This document shows positions 36,481-47,239 of a stretch of 64,000 nt of DNA, piece after piece. Both the position numbers and the translations under genes were made by a program. Under the pieces are notes generated by a model. That model worked only from the letters and a program-made list of their open reading frames with translations. It was not told where the DNA came from and did no database searches. The number at the start of each line of letters is the position of its first letter. Within the stretch, counting starts at the first letter, position 1. This DNA is from Mobula hypostoma (Eukaryota), in the NCBI RefSeq assembly GCF_963921235.1, contig NC_086097.1:155932001-155996000 (forward strand), read 5' to 3'.

Positions 36481-38243
36481 GCATTCTTCACTATCCTATC
36501 TACCTGTATTGCCACGTTCAGGGGCATGAGCCCCAATGCCCTTTTGTTCATCAGTACTCCTCAGTACCATATGCCATATCTGTGTCTTATTTCCCTGAAT
36601 GCATCTCCTCACATTTGCTGGGATCTGCCGTCATGCCAATCAACTTTCCATCAGATCTATATCCTGCAACAGCTTCAACCTTCCTCATTTCCATTAATTT
36701 TTAATGTCATCCACAACCATACCTCCTAAACTCACATCCAAGCCTAATAATATATATCTCAAACATCAAAAGCCCCAGCACATTTCCTTGGTGTCACAGA
36801 CCTCCAATCAGAAAAAAAATCCTTCCATCACCACTCTCTGTCTCCTCTCACCAAGCCAACTGTGGATTCAATTAGCCTTAGATCCAATCTATCTTTATGC
36901 TAATTCCCTCTAATAGGAGGCCTAAAGTATAACCCAAAAAAGTGATTGCATTTCTCTTATTTCTTGATGCAATGGGTATGGCTTCATAGCTTGATTCTTC
37001 TAATACTTTCTTCTAAGTACCATTATATTTTCCTTAATCTGTTGTACACCTGCCCTTTCTCCTTTGCAACACTCTCTATCACATCTAGAACTTTTATGCC
37101 CCAGAATATTAAACTAAAGACGTGCCTTTCCCTCGGCAATAATATTGTAATTTCAGGTGCTGATCCATGCTCTAAACTCATCTGATTTGCCTGTGAGATT
37201 CTGTGCATTAAGGTAAATGCAAATGAATATTAACAGCCCTCACATATTTCCTAATCTGTACAAACAAGAGAAAATTTGCAGATGGTGAGAAATCCAAGCA
37301 ACACACACCAAAATGCTGGAGGAACTCAGCAGGCCAGGCAGCATCTATGGAAAAGAATAAACACTTGACCACATTTCAAACTGAGACCCCGCATCAGGAC
37401 TGGAAAAAATAATGAGAAGTTAGAGCAAGAAAAGGGGAGGGGAAGAAAAAGTACAGGGTGGTAAGTGGTAGGTGAAATCAGGAGGAGGAGGGTGAAATAA
37501 AGAGCTGGGAGGTTGGTAAGTGAAAGAGGAAAAGGGGCAATCTGATAGGAGATGGTAGAATATGGAAGGCCAGGTGGAGTAGAGGGAGATTATGGGCAGG
37601 TAAGGAAATAAGGTGAGAGAAGGAAATGGGATTGGGGGAATGGTGAAGGAGGAGGGGACAATTACCAGAAGTTTGAGAAATCCATGTCCATGCCATCAGT
37701 TTGGAGGATACCCAGACGGAATATAAGGTGTTGCTCCTCCCACCTGAGTGTGGCCTCATCACAGTAGCAGGGAAGGCTGTGGAGTGACATGTCGGAATGG
37801 GAATGGGAAGCAAAATTGAAGTGGGTCCCCACTGGGAAATTCTGTTTTTTCTGGTGGATGGAGCATAGGTGCTTGGAGAAGCAGTCTCCCAATCTATGTC
37901 GGATTTACAGGAGGCCAGGCTGGGAGCACCAGATACAGAAGATGACCCGTACAGACGCAGAGGTGAATGTTGCCTCAGCTGGAAGAACTATTTGGGGCCC
38001 TGGATGGTACTGAGGGAGGATGTGTAGGGCCAGGTGTGGCAGTAGATGGGCTCACAAAGGTAAGTATCGGGAGGGCGATCAGTGGGGAGTTGCATAGGAA
38101 GTGACCCTGTGGAAAGCAGAAAAGTGGGAGAAAGGAAAAGTTGTGCTTGGTGATGGGATCTTGTTGGAGATGATGAAAGTTAAGAAGAATTATGTGCTGG
38201 ATGCGGAGGCTACTGGGCTGGAAGGTGAGGACAAGAGGAACCC

Positions 38244-38441
38244 TGTTGTGTACATAGCCTTTTTACACAACTATGTTATTAATAAAAATGCTGGAGACGG
38301 CAACTAAGTTTCAACGTTCTTTACTGGTAGAATCTGAACTTGGCACACACATACAGATCAATGCGCGCCTAATAGCACATGCAACCACATGTTACTAAAA
38401 CATAAAGTAGTCCCTTATTATAATGTAGGGTACACGGTACA
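38244..38441 (-). repeat. 3' LTR (198 bp)
   Basis: Direct repeat of 44205-44403. Adjacent polypurine tract AATAAAAGGGGAGGAG on the minus strand (38442-38457). Confidence 0.93.
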
Positions 38442-41400
38442 CTCCTCCCCTTTTATTTTAATAGTGTATCAACTTTTTTTTACTGGGGCACTATGCTAAA
38501 CTAATATTTTTACTATTAACATACAAATGCCTACCATTTGTTTACAAATTATAGCAAAGTAGCTTAATAATATCAAATTATAACAAGTCTTTTTTTCCTT
38601 TTGGTCTAAGACCCATTTAGAACTCAAGTCTCTGGGGAAGTCTTCTCTGCCTCTGCAGGTAACAACTGTCCTCAAATGTTTGCTTGGGGAATGAGTCTCC
38701 ACAGGTACGTCAGGTGGGTCATCAGCACTGATGACAGGCTTATCTGTAGGCGAGGCTGATGTGGTCACTTCAGGAGTGTTTGCTTTGCTTCAACGTCAGG
38801 GGAGTCCAGGCAAAGTGTTGTTGTGTTTTTCACCTGAGCATCCAGGATTTGGTCCACATGATGTCTCCATACGTTCTCTCCCACCCCCACTGTATACATC
38901 AGTGGCCCATCTATAGTGGAAATTGTACCCAGCTGCCACTTTTCAGTCTGGTAATCATGTGCAAGAACTGACTGTCCCACACTGAAGCTCCGTGTTGACT
39001 TAGCATTCAAGTGTTTGAACTGTCTTTTTTCCACATCACGCCGTACATCTGGTTTCAGAAGATCCATGCGGGACCTCAGATTCCTGTTTATAAACATCAT
39101 TGCTGGAGTCTGATTAGTGGTTGCATGTACTGCATTATGATAGGCAAGGAGGAAGTTGTCTATCTTTTGTTGCAGTGGTCGATTTTCACTGTCCATTGCC
39201 TTGGTGGCTTTCTTGAATGTCTGCACAAATCTTTCTGCCAAGCCATTTGCAGATGGATGGAAAGGGGCAGATGTAAAGTGCTTGATTCCATTGTTCTTCA
39301 TAAAACTTCGGAATTCTTCAGAGACAAATTGTCGTCCATTGTCTGTGCGGATTTGCTGTGGTATGCCATTCCTGGTGAACATGGCCCTCAGAACTGTAAT
39401 GGTCATTTCCGATGTGGTTGTCTTCATTTTGATGACCTCTGGCCATTTGGAATGTGCATTGACGGCGATTAAAAAGATAAGAGTCCATGAATGGTTTAAC
39501 AAAGTCGAAGTGCACTTGTTGCCATGGTGATGAGGGCTGCTCCCATAGATGGAGAGGGGCTTGTGATGGTGTGTCCTGGATCTTTTGACATCCAGAGCAG
39601 TTCTTGGTCAAGTCCTCAATCTGTTTATCAATTCCTGACCACCAGACATAGGCACAGGCAAGACTTTTCATCTTCGTGGTACCCAGGTGCCCCCTGTGCA
39701 GTTCCTCCAGCGCTCTGGTGTGTAGCTTGGGAGGAATCACAACTCGTGAACCACACATTACTGTTCCCCGACACACTGACAACTGCTCCTTCTTGGCTGA
39801 GAAGGCTGGAAACAGTGTGTTACCACATGTTGGCCATCCCTTTACCGTGATATCATACACTTTTGACAACATAGGGTCATTGCGTGTCTCTTTTTCAATG
39901 AGGCTGTTTGTTACTGGTAATTGTTCAACTATTGTGTGAAAGACCTCTGCTGAATCCATTTGTGTAGTTATCTCTGAAATCGGCAGTGGTAAATGTGACA
40001 AACCATCTGTGTTGCCATGTTGCTTGGTCACCTTGTGATCAATGTCATACATGTGACCCCCTAAGAAAAGGGACCATCACTGCAGCCTTTGTGCTGTCAT
40101 CACTGGAACACCTTTTCTTGGGTTGAAGATTGACATGAGAGGCTGATGGTCAGCCAAGAGGGTAAACTTTTGACCATACAGGTAGTGACTGAATTTCTTG
40201 ACTCCCCACATGAGGCTTGAGGCAAAGGCTATTGGTCTTTCGGAGCCATCTGGAAACTTGTGCGATAACACAGCTCCTACCCCATGGGGTGAAGCATCAC
40301 AAGCCAGTTGGATAGGTAAGGAGGGGTCAAAGTGCGCGAGCACCCCTTCCGGAGTTATGAGTTTTTTAGTTTCTTGAAACACTTTCTCACAGCTCTCAGT
40401 CCACTTCCATTGTGTCCCTGTTTGTAATAGTGCATTTAGTGGGTGTAGGACTGTGGACAGGTCAGGCAAGGCCTTATGGTAATAGTTCACTGATCCAAGA
40501 TAAGCTCTCAGCTCAGACACATTTTTGGGCGGTGGTGCCTTAAGCACTGCTTCTGTCTTGTCTTGAGACATGTGTAAGCCATCCTTGTTGATCACATGCC
40601 CACAGTATGAGATTTCCTTTTTGAAAAACTCACATTTCTGTCGATTAGCTCTGAGCCCATATTCTCGTCACCTGGTGAGCACTTGTTCAGGGCTAGAAAG
40701 ATGTTCGTCGTCGTCTTTTCCGGTGACAATGATGTCATCCAGGTAACACTGAGTCCCTGGAATCCCCTGCAGAACCTGGTCCATTGCCCTTTGTCAGATT
40801 GCAGCAGCTGATGCTATCCCAAACACCAACCTGTGGTACTGGTAAAGCACTTGGGGAGTATTTATTGTCAGGTATTTCCATTTGGAGATAAGCCTGGGCC
40901 AAATTGATTTTTGTGAAATGTTCCCCTCCTGACAGGGAAGCAAAGATGTCCTCAATACAAGGTAGCGGATGCTGTACTGTGCAGAGAATTGGGTTAACAG
41001 GGACTTTAAAGTCTCCACATATGCACACCTTGCTTGGGTTTCCTGGTTTTGTGCTGGAGGTTTTCTTCATCACTGGAAAAATAGGTGTGGTCCATTCACT
41101 CCAATCCACCTTTGACAGGACCCCAGTCTGCTCCAGATTTTTCAGCTCTGCCTCTACTGTAGGATGGATTGCATATGGCACTGGTCTGGCTTTGTGAAAT
41201 TTTGGACTTGCATTTTCCTCAATCTCAATCTTTGCCTTTACACCTGAAGTGTTCCTATTCCTTTTATGAACACTTCCTCAGAGTCAGCAAGTATTTGTGA
41301 CAGTCTCTCAGATGTAGCCTTGCTGCCCGCCTTTGCTGACACAACTAATGCCTTGATGGTGTGTCAATCCAACTGAATTTTCCTGAGCTATTCATGTCCC

Positions 41401-42372
41401 AGCAATGGTGGTCCTCCATTTTTGAGTACATAGAGATTCAGCTGCTGTGTTTTGTCTCCGTAGGTCATTGTCACTTTAATTTTGCCTTTGGGATGCACTT
41501 TCTGTCCTGTGTAAGTCTTTAGCAGTAGTTTAGTTCATTTCAGAGGTATGTGAGAAAACAGTCGTTTGTAGTTGTGTACAGAGATCACTGTTAAAGCTTA
41601 GCCTGTGTCCAACTCCATTTTCAGTCTCGCACCTGCCACTTGTGGAGTGATCCATATTACTCTTCGATCATCTGTCTTTTTCACGCTGTGAAGTTGCAGA
41701 CAAGACAATTCACTTTTGTCTGAGTCGTTTTCATCAGAACTGTTTTCTTTCATTTTGTGTACATTGTTGTATTTTCCTTTCTGGGGTTTCTTGTTTCTCT
41801 GCATTTTGTCCTTTTTCTGCTGTTTACTAGCTTTGCATACTCTGCCAGTGTGGCCCTGTTTGCCACAGTTTCTGAATTCTTTGTCTTTAAACCAACAGTC
41901 CTCAGGGTCATGTGACCTGTTCCCACAATGTTAACATTTCTTTCCTTCATTTCTGTTCAGTGACATTTTATTTGTAGCATATTCCAGAGAGTTTTGTTGT
42001 ATCTCTGAAGCACCCCGTGCTGCTATTTTCAATAATATTCCAACGTTCAGCGCCTTCTCTAATGTAAGGTCTTTTTCACACAGGAGCTTCCTCTGTGTGG
42101 TTTCACAGTACATGTCCCTCAATGTGTCTGATAGACCAGCTCCAAATTGACAATATTCTGATAATTTGCGCAATTCAGCACAATATTCAGAAATGCTTTC
42201 ATTTTTGCTCTGATTCCATTTGGGGAATTTAAATCTTTCAGCAATGACCAGTGGTTTGGGGTTTAAATGCTGTAGGAGAGTGTCTACTATTTGCTGGAAT
42301 GTTTTATCAGTTAGCTTTTCAGGGGTTAACAAGCTCCGTAGCAGCCCATATGTTTTTGCTCCCACTGGATAA

Positions 42373-43843
42373 GGCTACGTCCACACTAGACCGGATAATT
42401 TTGAAAAAGCCGGTTTCGCGTAAAAACGATAGGCATCCACACCAGGCATTTTTGAAAATACCTCCGTCCACATTAAAATGGGTATTTGGGTAAATCTCCT
42501 CCTACTGGGCATGCGCAGGACACATCTACAGAAAACAAGTGAAGAGGAAACGGTATACTTGGTGCGCGTTTGTCCGGTTACAGACTAGAAAAACTTAAAA
42601 GGACAAATGACAGACAGCTGTTGGCTCTCGCGCAGGAGGACTTAAAACTAAAAAAAACAAATACCGGAGCTTATGGAGGCAACTGACAGGGAGTTCATGG
42701 ACAGTATGACCCGGCTGGCGATGAACATTGAAAAACTGACTAACTCTGTCGCAGAGGGATTTGCAATGATGAGCAATATGATGGCTCCCCCCAAGTACTT
42801 TTCACCGCTACAATACCAGCCCCACAGTCACGACAATAGCTAAACATACGGACACACAGACCCCCGGTGGCCCCACCAGCATCTTCCCCACCCCCACAGA
42901 GGGCTCACCCTGGAAGCATTTCCTACAGCCATAGTCTCTTCACCGATGAAAGGGACGACAGCTACAACTAAATGCAATAAGGCTTGTTACTGGGCAAAAG
43001 TGAAATTTGCTGTTACCTCATTTGTTTACCTTTACTTTTGCCATGTCTTTCTGTATTATGTTGCTGTATTTAACACGTGCAATAAAACGAGTTACCGGGC
43101 AAAAGTGATTTTATTTTTACCTGAGTAAAAGTGAAACTTACAATTTTCCTTTTTTGGCCTTAACATTTTCACGTCTATGCCAAACATAAGCTACTACTTA
43201 AAAATGACATTTTGGAAGTAATGACAATTGCATCTATTGAATGTTTGCACAGGCAATACATTAAAAAATCACCTTGTTAAATGTATAAAACATGTCTGCA
43301 TCAGTATTATCTAGTATTTCCATACAATGTTACATTGGGCTGTTACTCATCTATTGTCAGATATCAAGCAACACACATCAAAGTTGCTGGTGAACACAGC
43401 AGGCCAGGCAGCATCTCTAGGAAGAGGTACAGTCGATGTTTCAGGCCGAGAACTAGAGATCTCTTCCTAGAGATGCTACCTGGCCTGCTGCGTTCACCAG
43501 CAACTTTGATGTGTGTTGCTTGAATTTCCAGCATCTGCAGAATTCCTCTTATTGTCAGATATTGATGTTGTGGTGTTGGAGGTTGTGTTGAAGAAAACAA
43601 TGAAATGCCGCGCTGCTACCACTATCGTTCCGGCGCGTCATGACAGTGTTTTTAAAAAGAGCCGGTTACCCTGTACACACTACACCGGCCATTAGGTGTT
43701 TTCAGATTTATTCACCCTGGAGAGCGTTTTTGAAAAGCTCCATTTTCGGGGGGAGGAAAACGTCATTTCAGTGTGGACAGAGGGTCAAAACGGAGAGAAA
43801 ATGCTTCGGTTGCAGATTTATCCGGTCTAGTGTGGATGTAGCC
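42373..43843. mobile_element. Non-autonomous PIF/Harbinger element (1471 bp including a nested insertion) in Gypsy gag
   Basis: 26-bp TIRs GGCTAC[G/A]TCCACACTAGACCGGATAA (1 mismatch). TAA TSD at 42370-42372 and 43844-43846. Confidence 0.92.
43365..43549. mobile_element. Fold-back PLE-terminus insertion with 13-bp TSD
   Basis: ~60-bp near-perfect inverted arms (CAAGCAACACACATCAAAGTTGCTGGTGAAC...). TSD TATTGTCAGATAT at 43352-43364 and 43550-43562. Confidence 0.9.
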
Positions 43844-44191
43844 TAAGGCGCTGGCTTTCTTTTCATCATTAACCCTATTAGCATCACAATATAACTCCAC
43901 GCTTTCAATGTAAGTTACCCAGTTTTCAATGCCACTATCAAATGATGTAATGGTTCCAATCATCGCCATCTTTGTTATGTTAGTTTAGTCCTGTTATTTC
44001 TTGTTTTCTTTTCAGCCAGCTCCTTGCAGTCACTGCACGTTCCACTTGTCTCACGTGTCCTTTTTGCTAGTGTAATGAGTGCACTCTGTCTAGATGTGTG
44101 TGTCTCTCCTTTTCATCTCCCTTCTCTCTCTTCTTCTTCGTGTCGTTATCAACTAAAACATGGCGTTCCGATAAGCTGTAGGTTCATAATT

Positions 44192-44201
44192 CTCGTCACC
44201 A
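44192..44201 (-). promoter_or_regulatory. Primer-binding site, probably for tRNA-Ser(GCT)
   Basis: TGGTGACGAG lies 3 nt inside the LTR. It is one CpG-type transition from TGGCGACGAG, the complement of the vertebrate tRNA-Ser(GCT) 3' end (..CTCGTCG-CCA). Confidence 0.7.
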
Positions 44202-44204
44202 ATT

Positions 44205-44403
44205 TGTTGTGTATGTGGCCTGTTTACACAACTATGTTATTAATAAAAATGCTGGAGACAGGAACTAAGTTCCATGGTTCTTTATTGGTAGAGTCCAAAC
44301 TTGACACACACATACGGATCAATACGCGCCTAATAGCACATGCAACGACGTGTTACTAAAACGTAAAGTAGTACCTTATTATAATGTAGGCTATATGGTA
44401 ACA
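44205..44403 (-). repeat. 5' LTR (199 bp)
   Basis: Direct repeat of 38244-38441; about 23 substitutions plus 1 indel by manual count. Confidence 0.93.
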
Positions 44404-45320
44404 AACCCTATCCCTGGTGGAGTGGCAGGAGGATGGGGTAAGGGCAGATTTGTGTGAAATGGAAGAAATGCAGGTGAGGGCAGCATTGATGGTGGAGGAA
44501 GGAAAGCCCCTTTCTTTGAGGAAGGAGGACATTTCTATGTAGTGTAGGAAAAGTTGAGGAGTGATACCAGTGAAGGATTGGAACATAGACTGTTCCATGC
44601 AACGAACAAAAAGGCAGGAATAGCTGGGGCCTATGTGAGTGCCCATGGCTACACCTTTGGTTGGAAGGAAGTGGGAGGAGCCAAAAGAGAAATTATTGAG
44701 AATGGTGACCAGTTTCACCAGACAGAGGAGAGTTGTGGTTGGGTCTGTTGTCTAAAAAGAGTGGAGAGCTTTAAGGGTCTCTTGATGGGGCATGGAGGTG
44801 TTTGGGGACTGGACGTCCACGGTGAAAATGAAATGATTGGGGCCAGGAGCTTGCGATCATTGAAAAGATCAATGTCATGTGATGTGTCACCGATGTAGAT
44901 AGGAAGGGACTGAACTGGGGAAGATGAAACAGAGTTGAGGTATGTAGATATAAGTTTGGTGGGGCAGGAACAAGCATAAACAATGAGTCTACCTGGAGAG
45001 GAAGGTTTGTGGATCTCGGGTAGGAGTTAGAAACAGGAAGTGCAGGGTAAGGAAACTATGAGGTAGGTAGCAGTGGACGGGAGATACCCAGAGTTAATAA
45101 GGTCAGTGATGGTGCATGGAACAATGGCCTGGTGTTCCTTAGTGGGGTCCTGTTCGAGGGGTGAGAAAGAGGAAGTGCCTGAGAACTGTCTCTTTCAGCT
45201 ATCAAATTCCCAGCTCTTTACTTCACCTCTCCATCTCTCCTGGTTTTACCTATTACCTACCACCTTGTACTTCTTCCTCCCCTCCCCCCATCTTCTTGCT
45301 CTGACTCCTCATCTTTTTTC

Positions 45321-45358
45321 CAGTCCTGATGAAGGGTCTTGGCCCAAAACATTACCTG
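45321..45358 (+). ncRNA. Degenerate minimal hammerhead ribozyme in a PLE pLTR
   Basis: CAGTC-CTGATGA-AGGGTCTTGGCCC-AAAA-CATT-ACCTG. The core GAAA is mutated to AAAA at a CpG. Confidence 0.65.
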
Positions 45359-45624
45359 TTTTCCCTTTTCCATATATGCTCCCTGGCCTGCTGCTTTCCT
45401 CCAGTATTTTGTATGTTCCTAATCTGCCTCTGTCTGCCCTACATACTAGGCTCGTAGACCAATCCGCAACATCGGAGTCATATTAAATAATTACTCTAAT
45501 CTTCACCTTTAGTGTGTGTCATTTGAACCTGAACAGAAACACAACATATAACTAATGAACAATTGCTTTCATAAGTCGATAGAAAGAAAGCAGAAAATAA
45601 AATAAAAAGTGAGACAGAACTGTC

Positions 45625-46030
45625 ACCCTTCACAACCTCAGTATATGAAGAAACCTCCCACAGCTAATTAGGTACTTCATATGAACTGCAGTAACTCTTC
45701 TAATGTAGGAAACATGGCAGCCAATTTGTGCATAATAAATTTTATTACCAGCAATGAGCTAACAATCAAATAATCTGCTTTGCCAATCTTGATTAAAGGA
45801 TGACTATCATCAAAGGTAATAGATTAAACTTCCGTACTATCTCTTGCACTGATACAGTAATTTATTTCAAATATACTGGAACATAAGTTTAACCGTTTAT
45901 CTGAAAGGGAACACCTTTGATGGTATAGTGCTTTGTAAACACTTCAGGCTATGTTATTTGTTAAGCCCCTAGAATACTGCTTACATCCTCTGCCATCTCA
46001 ATTTGATATGAAACCAATTCCTCTGAGCCA
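45625..46030 (-). mobile_element. Ancient DeuSINE-like SINE relic
   Basis: TAATGTAGGAAACATGGCAGCCAATTTGTGCA..CAGCAATG..ATAATCTG and GTTTAACC..TCTGAAAG..CACCT resemble the reverse complement of shark SacSINE1/DeuSINE as I recall it (not aligned). Confidence 0.55.
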
Positions 46031-46199
46031 TAGCGTATGTCATGGATGAAACGGGTACAAGACACACAGTGTAACTTACATTTCAAAGTAAGCAGCCTTA
46101 AAAAACAGTTTATTATTTCTAATCATATCATTTCTCATAGGTAATTTGATAAATAATTTCCAATATTGTTTCACTTCAATGCTTTATCTGACTTTTTTA

Positions 46200-46460
46200 G
46201 AAGGACATTCAAATGAAGTACTGAGGGTTTGCTGTACTGCAGAAGATATATTTTCCAGATTATATATTAAAACATCTGTCAGCTTTGATTTGTCACATTA
46301 TCATTAATAATTTTATGGTGTTAGGCAAAATAGAGCAAGAAGTTTTACTGTGACCTGACTGGCATACTGCATGTTTCTTTTTAAAAACTAATTCCATTTA
46401 TAGCAGATGAATCCTTTGTTCATTTCATTGCTGTTTGTAAGATCATATGAGTTAAATTGA
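46200..46460 (+). mobile_element. Second DeuSINE-like relic in the opposite orientation
   Basis: AGTACTGAGGG..TGCTGTACTG.., AGAGCAAG.AGTT, CAGATG..CATTGCTGTTTGT..GATC. Confidence 0.5.
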
Positions 46461-46879
46461 AAAGCCTCTGAAAACGGGTGTGGGGATAGCATTGTGAAAT
46501 TAACCCAGGCCTGTTGTTTGTAATATAGGCAGTAAACCAATTTCATGCTGCACGTTCATTGAAATTAGTTCTGCATCTGGCTAGTGATACTGTTCAGTGG
46601 TTTCAGCCAGGAATCAATATTGTTAGTGTGTACCCTCAGTTAAGGGAAACCTGCACCCATCACCACTTAAAAGGGAGACATACTGAGAATGCAGCAGGAG
46701 TTAGTTTAGAAGTTAATTTGACCTAGGAAGTAGTGAAGAACAGCAGAACCAGGACAGTAAACCAAGGTAGCTGAACATCACATCAAAAAGCTTGATAGAG
46801 AAAGTGGAATATTATTCTCACATATACTGCCATTGGGATAGCTGAAGTGATCATGACTGCATTGAGAGACTGGTCATGG

Positions 46880-47236
46880 CACACATCAACTGCTCTACAT
46901 TCATCTCTAAAGCAAATGGACAGAAAAGACATTATGCTATGTTTAATGACTACAGATCTGCCTTTAATACCATAATTCCAAGCCCAATCATCTCTGAACT
47001 CCTATAGAGGGGACTCAACATCTACCTAGCAAATGGATCCTTGATTTCCTGTTGAACAGACCACAAACAGTAAAACCTCTGCCAAAATTATCCTCAATAT
47101 TGGTGCCCCACAATGTTCCATCCTCCGTCCCCTACTCTTCTCCCTATACACTCACAGCAGTATGGCGAGATTCAACTCTAACTCCATCTGCAGATTTTGT
47201 AGATGACACCACCATACTGGGCTGAATCACAATTTG
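46880..47236 (+). mobile_element. Degraded Rex1-type RT fragment
   Basis: DYRSAFNTI, WILDFL..RPQ, GAPQ..PLLFSLYT and FVDD-like remnants. Confidence 0.7.
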
Positions 47237-47239
47237 TCT

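Larger units (their letters stand above)
38244..44403 (-). mobile_element. Full-length decayed Gypsy LTR retrotransposon (Mag-like)
   Basis: Paired TG..CA LTRs and 5-bp TSD AACCC (38239-38243, 44404-44408). Gag (MIGTITSFD.., two CCHC knuckles), protease MELDTG, RT (CGDFK, YLDD), RNase H (LACDAS) and integrase (TDNG..FHPSANGLAERFVQTFK). Confidence 0.95.
37259..45415 (-). mobile_element. Penelope-like element with inverted 5' pLTR, split by a Gypsy insertion (own parts 37259-38243 and 44409-45415)
   Basis: GIY-YIG C-terminus at 37662-37892. PLE RT motifs NNFSF..KGVAMGT..PSYSCLF..LHYI (44356-44718). Plus-strand pLTR copy at ~45190-45415. 11-bp TSD TTCCTAATCTG at 37248-37258 and 45416-45426. Confidence 0.88.

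Noticed and set aside
43281..43600. Opposite-strand ORFs sharing the same peptide (QATHIKVAGE..)
   Set aside because: Artefact of the palindromic PLE insertion.
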